Positions 12,535 to 26,390 of a stretch of 53,746 nt of DNA are shown here, piece after piece. The DNA is from Octopus sinensis (taxonomy: Eukaryota): assembly GCF_006345805.1 (NCBI RefSeq), contig NW_021833860.1, forward strand, positions 1 through 53,746. Direction: 5' to 3'. Within the stretch, counting starts at the first letter, position 1. Every line of letters begins with the position of its first letter. Under the pieces are notes generated by a model that was not told where the DNA came from, ran no database searches, and saw only the letters and a program-made list of their open reading frames with translations. A program made the position numbers and the translations under genes.

Positions 12535-12583
12535 ATATATATGTGTGTGTGTGTGTATGTATTTTAATTTTTTCTTTTTTTCT

Positions 12584-12759
12584 TTTTTACTTGTTTCTGT
12601 GTGGCCATGCTGGAGCACCGCCTTTAGTCGAGCAAATCGACCTCAGGACTCATTCTTTGAAAGCCTAGTACTTATTCTATCGGTCTATTTTGCCCAACCG
12701 CTAAGTGACGGGGACGTAAACACACCAGCATCGGTTGTCAAGCAATGCTAGGGGGACAA

Positions 12760-12794
<35 letters not shown>

Positions 12795-12970
12795 CATATA
12801 TACGACAGGTTTATTTCAGTTTCCGTCTACCAAATCCACTCTCAAGGCTTGGGTCAGCCCGAAGCTATAGTAGAAGACACTTACTCAAGGTGCCACGCAG
12901 TGAGAATGAACCCGGAACCATGTGGTTGGTAAGCAAACTACTTACCACATAGCAGCCACTCCTACGCCTA
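12584..12970 (-). mobile_element. Full-length SINE family A (CORE-like domain, internal microsatellite)
   Basis: tRNA-like head, GGCACCTTGAGTAAGTGTCTT (CORE-like), central (TA)/(TG) tract and a GGCGGTGCTCCAGCATGGCC tail. Confidence 0.92.
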
Positions 12971-13007
12971 CAATATGTGTGTATATATATATACACACAC
13001 ACACACA

Positions 13008-13059
<52 letters not shown>

Positions 13060-13202
13060 AATATAAATATATAATATATATATATATGTATGTATGTATG
13101 TATGTACGTACGGATGATGGGGGAGTATATGTGTTCCTACGAACAAAATCGGAGTACTTAATAAATATAATAGCGGAGTATTTATGAATGTAATTATGAG
13201 TG

Positions 13203-13388
13203 GAACTCCGTCGTGACACAGAAGGTGACAAGGCTCACCTTTTGAATTACAGGTACCACTCATATTTTGCCTGTTGGTTGGACTGGAGCATTGCGAAATA
13301 AGGAGTCTTGCGGAAGGACTACAACGCATCGCCTGAAGCCGAACCCACAACCGTGAGCCAAATACTGTAACCAATAAACCACGCGCCT
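13203..13388 (-). mobile_element. SINE family E, internally deleted
   Basis: Head GGCGCGTGGTTTATTGGTTAC and tail GGTACCTGTAATTCAAAAGG...GACGGAGTTCCA, homologous to 41759-42078. Confidence 0.7.
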
Positions 13389-13395
13389 TTTTAAT

Positions 13396-13692
13396 AGTTG
13401 TTTGTTCCTTCTCGACCCACGCCTGGCAAATAAGGGCCGGTTTCCCAGTTTCCTTGGCGTATAGGTTCCCTACCTGGACGAGACGCCGGTCCGTCACAGG
13501 TGAGCTACAATATGCAGGAGGAATGAATGAGAGAAAGTTGTGGCGAAAGAGTCAGCAGAAGTTCGCCGTTACCTTATGCCGGAGCAGCTTGGAGCTTAGG
13601 TGTTTCGCCCATAAACACACACATCGCCCAGACTGAGATTCGATCCTTCGACCGCAAGTCGGCTGCTCTAACTACTAGGCCATGTGTCTCCA
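13396..13692 (-). mobile_element. SINE family D (head and middle shared with family C; Meta/V-domain-like 3' part)
   Basis: GGAGACACATGGCCTAGTAGTTAGAGCAGCCGAC head; ACCTGTGACGGACCGGCGTCTCGTCCAGG segment. Confidence 0.8.
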
Positions 13693-13857
13693 CTTCTTAA
13701 TAGTAGAGTACATTATTTTTAATACACTGTGCCTCATTGTGTCCCATTCAGTGCCTGTCTTTGTCAAATAAGCTTTATAAGTGTCTGCTGTTTATCGATC
13801 GTTCTATAATGTCAGACACCGAGTTGCAATATGTTAACCGGAATGATTATTATCATT

Positions 13858-14520
13858 TCTTTTCTACTCTAGGCACAAGGCCCGAAATTTTTTGGGAGGA
13901 AACCAGTCGATTACATCGACCCAATTATGCAACTGGTACTTAAGTTATCGACCCCGAAAGGATGAAAGGCAAAGACGACCTCGGCGGAATTTGAACTCAG
14001 AACGTAGCAGCAGACGAAATACCTATTTCTTTACTACCCACAAGGAGCTAAACACAGAGAGGACAAACAGGCACAGACAAACGGATTAAGTCGATTACAT
14101 GGACACCCGAGCGTAACTGGTACTTATTTAATCGACCCCGAAAGGATGAAAGGCAAAGTCGACTTCGGCGGAATTTGAACTCAGAACGTAACGGCAGACG
14201 AAATACTGCTAAGCATTTCGCCCGATGTGCTAACGGTTCTTATTTCTTTATTGCACAAAAGGGGTTAAACATAGAGGGACAAACAATGAGATTAAGTCGA
14301 TTACATCGACTCCAGTGTGCAATTGGTACTTAATTTATCGACCCCGAAAAGATGAAAGGCAAAATCGACATCGGCCAGCAATTTCGGGAGACATTGACCC
14401 CAGTGCTTAACTGGTATTCATTTTATCGACCCCGGAATATGAACTCAGAAAGTAAAGACGGACGAAATAGATGCTAAACATTTTGCCTGGCGTGCTAACG
14501 ATTTTACCAGCTCGCCGCCT
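13858..14520 (-). mobile_element. SINE family B multimer (four core units)
   Basis: Four ATCGACCCC...-containing cores; includes the same dimer junction as 10138-10530; head ends at 14520 next to (AAC)/(AAT)n. Confidence 0.88.
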
Positions 14521-14542
14521 TAACAACAACAACAACGACGAC

Positions 14543-14596
<54 letters not shown>

Positions 14597-14601
<5 letters not shown>

Positions 14602-14943
14602 GAGCACTCAGAGAGCACAAACCTTCCCCCAAGGTAATACCAGCGTTCTATCAACGATTACCTGGAAATGATTTATAAAATGAGACTGGAATAAACACGT
14701 TTGCTCTCACAAACGAGAATGCTAACAGTGAACTCGACTGCTCTCAAAAGTGAAGTAAAAGGAAACGGAAAATAATCCAGAATCCTTATCGGTACCGGAT
14801 CGATCCCAAAATCTAATCAGTTCGTGCCAGTCATGAGGCCAAACATCCCTGAAAGTTTCATCCGAATCCATCCAGTGGTCCTTGTCCACGGTCAAACAAA
14901 CAAACACAACTGAAAACAATAACTCTGCCATCACTAAGGCGGA

Positions 14944-14948
<5 letters not shown>
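14597..14948 (-). mobile_element. Non-autonomous Helentron-associated (HINE-like) element within (TAA)n
   Basis: The minus strand begins TTACCTCCGCC, contains a (TTTG)n tract and ends CCTTGGGGGAAGGTTTGTGCTCTCTGAGTGCTCTTGTT: subterminal inverted repeat plus 3' hairpin, with T-rich ends. Confidence 0.65.
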
Positions 14949-14985
<37 letters not shown>

Positions 14986-15379
14986 TTTAAACAGGAAACT
15001 CTGCCAGAAATGGGGATTTGAAGCTGGAAACACATGGTACAATCATCACTAAGCGTTCATAAAAAAATTGGTAACTCTACAGAAAGATATAATGTGAGCG
15101 CTCTCAAAAGTAAGGGAGGTAAATACGAGATACTTTTTGGGACTCACAATACCAGAACCAAACTAACCACAGCGGGAAGTGCCCTCTCCCTATTTTTCTC
15201 ATTCAATAAACAGAGCATTCTCAAAGCAAAACCATTTACTTGAAACATTCTTGCTACCATCATCCACCATTTACAGACTGCACCTTAACTCTTCCCCCTC
15301 AATTTCTGCTTTTAAATTAAGCTTCAAAAATTGGAACTTGACCAAAGAGGAACGTGTCTTCTGCTCTTCTAGTTGAGCA

Positions 15380-16254
15380 CCTAGCATCTGCTTTCGACAG
15401 ACAATCTTGAAGTGACTTATGGCTTTCGTCACAGCCATCAGACAGTTAAAAGCTACCTGTTTTTCCCTACCAAATGAAGGCGACAGGAGATCTTTGCAAT
15501 GGTCTCAGTTGATAACCGGATCCATTCAATAACGTGACAGACGTTTGATATACCTTCACATGTCAGTATTGCACAGGCATTGGATAAGTGTACACAGAAC
15601 TGCGCGGTGCGCATATCGAGCAGGACTGGATGACCGGTATTTCCCCGTATGTAGATTTTTTCCCGAACTGGCAATAGTCCTGGTAACACAACCACGACAT
15701 AGATTCATGGAACTTAAACATGAGCTCCGGCCCAGAATTCCCCCAGAACAAACCAGCCAGTTAATTTTCGTCGACTCCCTGAGGCACTCAAAAACCCCCA
15801 ACGCTCTTGCCTTCCACTAATACTCTATAGAAAATAAAGTAAAATTTGCACCGATCACATTAACCGATTGATAGTTAGATGTGATTGCTTAGCAATATTC
15901 CAGATGCAAATTGGCCTCCCTTGGTCTTTGCAGCCTCATGACTGCAGCTCAGTCATATAAACAAGTTGTGCAAAACCCAGTCTGACAAACGCCGGCCATC
16001 CTTGCTCACTGCCAAGGAATTTCTGTGGGCGCATCGTCAATCACAGCATGCCTGGTCCCTCACATAGCTGATGTTGGCAGCAAAGGAAGCGCCAGACCAG
16101 GGAAAGGTGTCTCTGCTTAAGAGAACGGAAGAGCAATTTCATCAATTCGGTGATACGGGAACCGGGACAGGGCACCATGGTTAAGTTCTAATTTATGACA
16201 GAGGTGAAATTCTTCACTTCTGCACGACCTTTCAGAAATAGCTCTATGTCTCTT

Positions 16255-16317
<63 letters not shown>

Positions 16318-16800
16318 CACTCCCAATGTCTATCGATTTAGAGATGTGTCCACCCCGTATTCACTTAAAAATGAGCATGGTAGCTCATAGCTCGGAAACT
16401 CTGGCGGCATCACCGATGATCAATAAATCCATATCCAGTGACCTGAGGTCGTTGCCCCTGCTTCTACGGCGACCCCAGGTCACGTGCATTTATACTGTCT
16501 ATTTTAAGTAAGGCCATATCAGAAGGGAGAAAGTGAGAAAGGTCCTGTCAGCTTCTTACTAAAAGAGACAGATGCTCCGTCCCTTCAGCAAGTTGTGAGG
16601 GCTTTACAAAGCCTTTCGTTGATGCTTCCGCTGAAGTCCCCTTCAATTGTATTTCTTTTTTTCGGTTGCCCCGTCCCTCTCTGGGCACAAACAACTGCCA
16701 GTCTAAAGGCCCTTTCTTCGCTGCTGTTCATGTCCATCACCACAAACTTACCTTCGCCGTCCATTGAGATATTTATTTTTCAAACACGTCTGTTGTGCTA
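15380..16800 (-). pseudogene. Possible highly decayed LINE (Tx1/L1-like) remnant split by a (CT)n tract
   Basis: Non-repetitive, moderately GC-rich block; weak motif NSGPELMFKFHESM resembling GPGYWKFN; many stops. Tentative. Confidence 0.25.
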
Positions 16801-17014
16801 TTTTGACGATTTTTATGTAGGCTGAAATGTTATTAATTAATGCTGTTCATTAATGTAATGTAATTATTGTATGTTGATGTATATGAGCCATTAGTTTTTT
16901 TTTTATTGCTTTTGTTTATGGCCGTAAATTTAATTTCTTTTTATTCCGTTCTGTTGGGGTTGTGTTGTGATTGTTGCTGTGTGAAATGGATCGTGATTGA
17001 GCTTGTCTATGTAA

Positions 17015-17335
17015 CAGTAGTGGTGGTGGTGGTAGCGGTGGTGGTGTTAGTGGTGGTGGTGGTGATGGTGGTGGTGGTGCTAGTGGTGATGGTGGGGGTT
17101 AGTGGTGGTGGTGGTGGTTATAGCTGTGATGGTGGTGTTAGTGGTGGTGGTAGCTGTGATGGCTGTGGTAGCGGTGGTTATGGTGGTGGTTGAGGTGGTG
17201 GTGTGGTGGTGATGGTTGAGGTGGTGGTGGTGGTAGTTGTGGTGGTAGTGGTAGTTGTGTTGGTGGCGGTAGTGGTTGTGGTGGTCGTGGCTGTGATGGT
17301 GGTTGTAGTGGTAGTGGTAGTGGTGGTGTTTATGA
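17015..17335. repeat. Degenerate (GGT)n low-complexity tract
   Basis: GGT/GTA/GAT triplet runs; source of the spurious Val/Gly-rich ORFs. Confidence 0.9.
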
Positions 17336-17943
17336 GGATGATGCCGCTGATATGTCTAGGTGTAGCTGCTTTGGATATTGATGTTGATGCATCTCCCCCA
17401 CCACCACTGCCACCACCACCATTTGCTCATATTTCACAGTTCTTTTTTTTTACGTAGGTGTCTTTTCCTTCCCGTTTCTCACTTTAATCCAGTTAAGTTC
17501 CTCGCCGTCACCTTCTCCACAGGGCATGTGTGTTGTGTAATTCAGGGAAGGTTACATCATGGACGTATTTGTTCTGTCCGTCATATATTCGTTGTTTTTT
17601 GTGGGGAACGATTTCTGTTGCTGTTTTGTGAGATGTGAGGACCGACTTTATTCTTTAAACCCTTTGCCCAAGTAGATTGGTTTTGGACATCAGTTCGTCA
17701 CATTTAGGGTTGTTGCGGAATGCTTCTTGGCCTCATCTTCTGATGAAGATCACAACTCGACCTTGCCGTAGTTGCTGTAATGCAATCATTACACAAATTC
17801 AATTGCAGAGCTATCATCAGCTGCACAAATAAATAGAATTTTAATCAGTTGGACACATTAAAATAATTTTTCTTAAATACTTTAACAGAGAAAGAAGATG
17901 GAAGGAATCCATGTTGTAGCTACCTAATTCGACTGAATCTCAA

Positions 17944-18029
<86 letters not shown>

Positions 18030-18032
<3 letters not shown>

Positions 18033-18150
18033 AGCTTCTTTCAGTTTCCATCTGCAAAATCCATTCACAAGGCTTTGGTCGCCACGAGGCTATAGTAGAA
18101 GTCACTTGCCCAAGGTGCCATGCAGTGGGACTGAACACGGAATCATGTAG
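18030..18150 (-). mobile_element. SINE family A fragment
   Basis: CTTCTTTCAGTTTCC...ACTTGCCCAAGGTGCC...GGGACTGAAC on the plus strand. Confidence 0.8.
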
Positions 18151-18561
18151 TGTGAAGCTATTACAAGGTACTTTTTCCTACAGTTTACCGATTCTGCCGT
18201 TTGAAACAAATCGAAATAAGAATCTCCCGCATTTTTATCTTTAGAGTATCTTGCCATTTTTTTTTTTTGCCTTTCTTCATTTACGCTGCGTATTTGTCAT
18301 AAGTTTTCCTTCCTTTTTTGTAAGTGATAGGTGTCGTGAGTTCAATCTTCACATAACATATGCAATAATTTTAGTTATTCTGTTTTTTGTCTTTAGATCC
18401 AAGATCTCCAGGAATTTATATTGTGCGGTTTTCGCTGTTCTTGTTGTTTGTATATTTCTTTTTTTATTAGTGTCATCTTTTATTCATTAGAAAATATAAT
18501 GAGAAAAGAAAAACAACTGAAAAACAAAAGAAAAGCTACATCAGAATTTTACTCTAAAAAC

Positions 18562-18641
<80 letters not shown>

Positions 18642-18767
18642 GAACAACAAACATGACAATAATAAGATTGATTTGGGTAGAAAAAAGCAGCAATGACACA
18701 AATATATATATATATATATATATGTACGCATACATGTACATATATGTATGTGCGTGATGGTCTATGT

Positions 18768-18805
<38 letters not shown>

Positions 18806-18830
18806 TGAATGTATATATATATATATATTC

Positions 18831-18886
<56 letters not shown>

Positions 18887-19039
18887 GAAAAGTTTCTCAA
18901 ACAAAAAAATAGACAAAATAATACAAATGAGATAAACACGCACACAGACACACACACACACAAATACACACACACAAACACACAAGCACACACACACGCG
19001 CAAGCACATGCACACATACACACATACACTTGGACGCGT

Positions 19040-19620
19040 ACAAGGAAGCGCCCATGCGCGCGAATCCGTACATAGAAATGGGCGCGCATGCAGAGAAGTC
19101 TCAAGATTAAGCAATTCCAGAAAGACGACCATACTTTTCGATCTTTTCCCCTCAAACCTAACACGGTAAACACACCCATCCATATACGTACACATTTCGC
19201 TAACACTTGCGCATATACAAACAAAAGCACACACACACATAGCTCTTTACACAGATGCAAACTCAGCGCCATTTCAAGAGAATAGACGCAAGATCGGACG
19301 TCATTGATGTGTGCTTTCACGCAGCTTCTTACCTTTTCTTTATATTCGTTAGCGCTGGGGGAGGGGGGTAGCTTTACTTTTAGCGTTCCATCTGTGTAAT
19401 CAGTTTTGCAAAGGATATGTGATCCCTGGGGTAGAAAAGATGCTTCGGTGGCAATCGTTACGCGTTTTCTTTTTTTTTTTGCATCTTTTTCTTGATACAT
19501 TAAGATATATATATATATATATATATAATATATATATCGCTCTCTTCCTTCTACTGCACCGCCATCTTGAATTAATTAGATCTTGATGGCTTCACTGCTG
19601 TGTTTCTTCTTCATTGCCAA
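19040..19620. promoter_or_regulatory. Candidate CpG-enriched promoter-like segment
   Basis: Local CpG enrichment; NRF1-like GCGCGCATGCA (~19082); YY1-like GCGCCATTT (~19267) and CCGCCATCTTG (~19559); ATF/CRE-like GACGTCAT (~19297). Confidence 0.3.
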
Positions 19621-19708
19621 ACACTTCTTTCCATCTACCTACCTATCTAATTAACAGACTCTCTCACTCTCCCTCTCTAGATAGATAGATATATCGATAG
19701 ATAGATAG

Positions 19709-19739
<31 letters not shown>

Positions 19740-19793
19740 AATACATACATACATAAATACATACATACATACATACATACATACATACATACA

Positions 19794-19822
<29 letters not shown>

Positions 19823-19825
<3 letters not shown>

Positions 19826-20510
19826 AACACAGCAGACGTGATATAATGATTTGAGATAGTGAAGAGAAACTGTATACAGTTGTGGAAATTAGCTGCTCAG
19901 CGGATGTTAACAGAAAGCTGAAGATCGGTGAAAAAGAGAACACCTACACGGAACTATTGAGAAATCTGCAGTTATTCTATCCAGATTACAAGTTCAGGTT
20001 TATACCTGTAATTATTGGGGCTCTGGGACACGTAACATACTGCCTAAATACCAATCTTGAGAAATTAGGCTTCTCAAAACCTGAAAGGAGAAAGCTAAAG
20101 ATCGAATCCATTACTGGAACCGTAAAAATCTATAAAACTTTCCAGAAGTTTATCATTTCAATATATATGAGCATGTCTAGATATACAGCTATATGCATGA
20201 GAAAACATACAGAAAGCAAAACATACAAATCTGCACGTACATACATACATACATACATACACTCTTATATAATTGCATACATACACACACACATATATAC
20301 ATACATACATACATACATACATACATACATACATACATACATACACACATATATACATGTATACATACACACATACATACATACATACATACATACTTAC
20401 AAAAATACCTGTTGATGTTGAAATTGCAATAAAGGAGCCTTGGATCCAGGTTAGAAATCGGCTCTTTCTCTATAGGCAAGAAATCTTGAAATAAAACTGA
20501 ACAATGACAT
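19823..20510 (+). mobile_element. RLE-type (R4/R2-superfamily) non-LTR retrotransposon 3' end in (TACA)n
   Basis: Translates as RRDIMI*DSEEKLYTVVEISCSADVN...EKENTY...FIPVIIGALG...TGTVKIYKTF (PD-(D/E)xK endonuclease end); the UTR has an internal (TACA)n and ends in (TACA)n. Confidence 0.85.
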
Positions 20511-20564
20511 ACATACATACATATATACATACCTACATACATATAGACAGATACATACCCATGC

Positions 20565-20604
<40 letters not shown>

Positions 20605-20629
20605 CTGTGGTGTGTGTGTGTGTGTATGT

Positions 20630-20736
20630 GCATCGTTGGCAATTTTTTTCCTCCGTCTTCCTTTCCTGAGCGTCCAATAACACTATATTGTTCCACGTCC
20701 CTTCAATGTTGTTTTCTCTTTGTACAGGTTTGGATT

Positions 20737-20740
<4 letters not shown>
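20630..20740 (+). repeat. Copy of the hammerhead-B repeat family with the ribozyme deleted
   Basis: Flanks match 31725-31905, 38790-38968 and 40822-41018 but the segment between the CTTCC-rich tracts is missing. Confidence 0.75.
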
Positions 20741-20774
<34 letters not shown>

Positions 20775-20794
20775 CATCAAAGTAATACACATTA

Positions 20795-21011
20795 TTTTCT
20801 GCTCTAGCCACAAGGCCCGACATTTTTGAGGAGAGGCCAGTCCATTAGATCGACCCCAGTTCGCAGCAGGGACTTAATTTATCGACCCGAAAAGGATGAA
20901 AGGCATTAAAAAAATCGACCTCGGTGAAATTTGAACTCAGAACGTAAAGACAGACGAAATATCGCTAAACATTTCACGCGGCGTGCTAACGTTTCTGCCA
21001 GCTCGCCGCCT
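20795..21011 (-). mobile_element. SINE family B monomer, tail variant B1
   Basis: Full head, core and tail. Confidence 0.9.
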
Positions 21012-21213
21012 TAACCAAATCCCCATTCATTCACACCGTATCGTCATAGATATATGGTGACACATGGCACAGTGTAACCTAAGATCTAGAAACAGTTTGG
21101 ATGGCAACGGCTGCAGCTGATCCGAGAGCTGCTCAATCGAGAATTAAGCAACATCCCACCAATTAACTAATTAATATAATCTATCAACGTTTCTATCTTT
21201 CTATCTAGTTGTG

Positions 21214-21250
<37 letters not shown>

Positions 21251-21282
21251 TAAATCGAACTTAAACGTCTGCCTCAATACTT

Positions 21283-21513
21283 TCTTTTATCTGTTTCAGC
21301 CATTTGACTGCGGTCATGCTGGAGTACCACCTTAAAGGGATTTTAAGTTGAACAAATCGACCCCAGAGCATATTGTTTGTAAGCCTAGTACTTATTCTAT
21401 CAGTCTCTTAGGTCGAAACGCTAAGTTACGGGGACGCAAACACACCAACATCGGTTGTCAAACAACGGTGGGGGGACAAACACAGACACACAAACATAGA
21501 CACACACACACAC

Positions 21514-21579
<66 letters not shown>

Positions 21580-21743
21580 TACGACACGGCTTCTTTCAGT
21601 TTCCGTCTACAAATCCACTCACAAGGCTTTGGCCGGCCCGGGGCTATAGCAGAAGACACTTGCCCAAGATGCCGCAGTGGGACTGAACCCGGAACCATGT
21701 GGTTTGTTAGCAAGCTACTTACCACACAGCCACTCCTGCGCCT
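21283..21743 (-). mobile_element. Full-length SINE family A; a further fragment at 21826-21947
   Basis: Head AGGCGCAGGAGTGGCTGTGTGGTAAG, CORE-like CATCTTGGGCAAGTGTCTT, tail GGTGGTACTCCAGCATGACCGCAGTCAAATGGCTGAAAC. Confidence 0.92.
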
Positions 21744-21773
21744 ATATATATATATAAAATATCTACTACATAC

Positions 21774-21825
<52 letters not shown>

Positions 21826-21946
21826 GTCTATCAGGTTTCCGTCCGCCAGGTCTACTCACAAGGCTGTAGACTCCCCGAGGCTACAATAGAAGATACTTGC
21901 CCATGGTGAGTAGTGTGTCTGATCACGGAACCACGTGGTCGGGAAG

Positions 21947-21993
<47 letters not shown>

Positions 21994-22159
21994 TATATAT
22001 CGAGGGAATTCTGTACCCAGTTATGTTCTTTCAAACTATGTACTCGTGTATGTCTATTTTACTATCTACAGATCTTTCTACTTCTCCCCACCTCTCTTTA
22101 CATATTAATGTATGTATTTATGAATGTACGTTATGTATGTTATGTATAGAGAGGTAGAG

Positions 22160-22160
<1 letters not shown>

Positions 22161-22243
<83 letters not shown>

Positions 22244-22244
22244 T

Positions 22245-22327
<83 letters not shown>
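22161..22327. repeat. (GATA)n microsatellite
   Basis: About 41 nearly perfect units. Confidence 0.98.
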
Positions 22328-22328
<1 letters not shown>

Positions 22329-22544
22329 TAGAAAATATTTGATATTTATTTAACTTTATCTATAAAACTCTTTGTCGGTCAATTTATATTTTGTCTACTC
22401 TTTTTGACAAATAATTCTCTTTATCAATTTACTTGCTAACATCCTCTCTTTTTTATCTAGCTATCTCTCTACACATCTATACATCAATATGCAAATCTAC
22501 CCGCAACAAACCTTAATATACCGATTTTACACACACACACACAC

Positions 22545-22600
<56 letters not shown>

Positions 22601-23177
22601 CACATATGATTGTGTGTATGTGTATGTATATATGTATTATATGAAATCTGCATTGAACACAGCTGCTGGGTCCCCTGTTATGGGTGCAGCCATGTGTGTG
22701 AAACGGTGTGTACGCTAGCACGTGCGCCTTGCGTTCAGTCAGAAATAGGGGCGTGTGCTGTGACAGTGCTGGCCTTGTTCCAAGCGTTCCCTTCACAGTT
22801 GCGCTAGGTTTGCTAATGAATAGTGTCTAGTTTCTGCTTAACTTTGATTGATGACACTTGTGATTAAAGGCCTTATTGTCGGTGCGATGTTGTCTTCTTT
22901 GGAGATCAGCGGATACGTTTTTAGCGTATCTTACTTTATATTTGAATGGATAGAGAGGGATTTGAGGGACGTTTGACGTCGTTTTCTTCTTAGGTCCGTT
23001 TTTTTAACATTTTAGAATACCTGTCAGTTTCCGTAACATATATACTCCACAATGTGCCATTACTGCACTAAAGACGCGACAACGAGTCAGAGGCAAATAT
23101 TTTGGCGAATAGTTCGGACTGCCAGCCTTGTATATTACTGGTTCATGTATTGCAATGTGACCCCCCGAACACATGCG

Positions 23178-23239
<62 letters not shown>

Positions 23240-24621
23240 GCCTTTACTGCATCCTATCTCTCTCCCCCTAATCGGTTTTTGGTACAAGTAACCTACTTCC
23301 GAATGACTTCGTTGGTCCATGCACAACACACTGCTCCATACATCAGTCACACCTTATTTCAGTAGGTTTTCTAAGAGCATGATGAAAGTTCCCGTCACAG
23401 CTTATCACAAGGCCGTGGCATAACACGTTTACCCTTGCACTTTAGAGAACGAATTTCACTGACAAACAGAAATGATCGCTTTCAAGGCACCGCATCCATG
23501 TTTCGTTGCTTCAGACATGTCCACAAAATTTTCCCTTTTAATCAAAGTTCACAAAGCAGCTTCCAAAAGGACTTTATATTTATGTGTGAATGAATATCTG
23601 AATGTATGTGAGAGAGAGAGAGAGAGACAGAGAGAGAAATAGAGAGAGAGAGAAAGGGAGCGAGAGAAATAATCAATTCAACCGCGATTCTGCAATTTTA
23701 CTAGTTAAATATATGTATATTGCTAATGCGACACACGAGTCTCATCAGTGAATAAACGCACGTCTATTAATGTACACGTGTATCGTATTTTAGTTTCCGC
23801 ATTTAATCTGTACGACAGCCCTTTTTATAATGTTTATTTTATATATACATGCATACATATATATATATGTGAGTGTGTTTGTGTGCGTGCGTGCTTGTGA
23901 TAAATATGTATATATAACAAATTAAATTTTATGGAACAATCTGGGTTTATTTTACAATTTCAATATAATATAGAAGTGTTTTGATTACTCATTCAAATAT
24001 ATAGATGGTAATATTGATCCTTAAGTGTGACACAAGGCTATGTATTTTAGTAGGAGGGAAAACTTGATTGTATCGATCCTTCTACTATTTGACAGGTATT
24101 ATATTTCATCGACCCAGCAAAGATGAGATGTAAAGATGACCCTTTTAAGATTTTAACTTAGAAACAAAAAAATAACAGAACTAATTAACTGCAAGTCTTT
24201 CACCGACGCTCAATCGATTCTGCCTCTCCTTCTTTTATTGACTACAAACTCATGTGTACAATAGAATGTTTGTCATTAAAATTATTACAAAACTTAGTGA
24301 GATGAAGAAAGCTAAATATAATTTGTTACGACATGTGAAAAAAAAACTAATTGAAAACAACACAAATAATTTTCTACTTCGTTAAGCCCCGAATACCCTC
24401 TAGACTATATCCACCCACTAGTCAAGTTTGAATACTAGTTGTCGCAAAATTACCTTTCAGCATTTTTGGTGTTAGCCGAGTTGTGTAAGATCTCATAGAA
24501 AGCGAGGACATTAACAACAGGTGTCTTTTAATTAAGGACGAATTAAATTAAGCTGGCGTGTGTTGAAATGAAGCCTTACGGCAGAAACATAAGAGATGAA
24601 AGTCATGGGAAGGAAGGCAGG

Positions 24622-25070
<449 letters not shown>

Positions 25071-25074
25071 ATAC

Positions 25075-25168
<94 letters not shown>

Positions 25169-25383
25169 GGCTGTTGCTATTATGCAAAGGTGTCGTAAGT
25201 CCAAAACATTTCTTTTTCAGAAAACGAAAATTAGTTTCACCATTCCATAGCCAAACCATTGTACTACACTTTGACAACTTTTGATATCTTGGCAAAGAAT
25301 TGGCTATCACAAGCAAAAATAAATATTGAGTAAAAGAAATTTGGTCAAATTTGGGTATATGACAGTTTAACATAATAGCAACG

Positions 25384-25427
<44 letters not shown>

Positions 25428-25487
25428 TACTCTTTCTCTGTTATATATATACATACTGTTTTCTCTGGCAAGAGTAATATATATATG

Positions 25488-25548
<61 letters not shown>

Positions 25549-25618
25549 AATAGCTAAGGTTCTCTGGCTCCTATTTCTAAACTTCGGTATGTGGTAAGCA
25601 AATCTTTGCTGAACCCTA

Positions 25619-25655
<37 letters not shown>

Positions 25656-25687
25656 GTATATACACACACACATATATATAATATATA

Positions 25688-25721
<34 letters not shown>

Positions 25722-25808
25722 AATCAAGGAACGGCCATAATAGGCCATTCACCACTAGGCCGCTGGTGGCAAAAAAATTCTACAAAAAATTTTGGCACCC
25801 TATATTGA

Positions 25809-25857
<49 letters not shown>

Positions 25858-26131
25858 AATATATATATATATAAGGAAAAGAGGGGAAGGTAGAGGTATT
25901 CACGGTTAAGCATATTTTCTCATGCTAGTTACAGAGGATTAATCTGTTTTCTGTCGTCTGCTTCGCTCAATGGATTGAAAAGAAGTTAGTAATGGCGGCG
26001 GGTGAAGGTATTTCATCTAAATTTAGTTGGGACACATAAACCTGTTTATATGAAATGATATATATCAAACACAACACACTTCCAGCGTGCACGTGTATTA
26101 CATATACATACATGTTTTTGTATATTTATCA

Positions 26132-26195
<64 letters not shown>

Positions 26196-26284
26196 ATAGA
26201 TAGACACATACCTACATAAATACACACATACATGTATATACATGCATATATATATATATACACTCATACACACCACGCCACACA

Positions 26285-26390
<106 letters not shown>

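Noticed and set aside
13858-14520. Repeat-spacer pattern as a CRISPR-like array
   Set aside because: The repeats are long SINE cores with homologous, not unique, intervening sequence; eukaryotic context and no cas genes.
16867-17457. Val/Gly-rich ORFs as membrane or glycine-rich proteins
   Set aside because: Direct translation of a degenerate (GGT)n tract.
18541-19500. 319-aa minus-strand ORF as a real gene
   Set aside because: More than half is microsatellite-derived, the N-terminal part has no motif I recognise, and no splice structure supports it.
23725-23755. CTGATGA-GAC...GTC on the minus strand as a hammerhead
   Set aside because: GAAA is replaced by GCAT and stems I and III cannot be formed.
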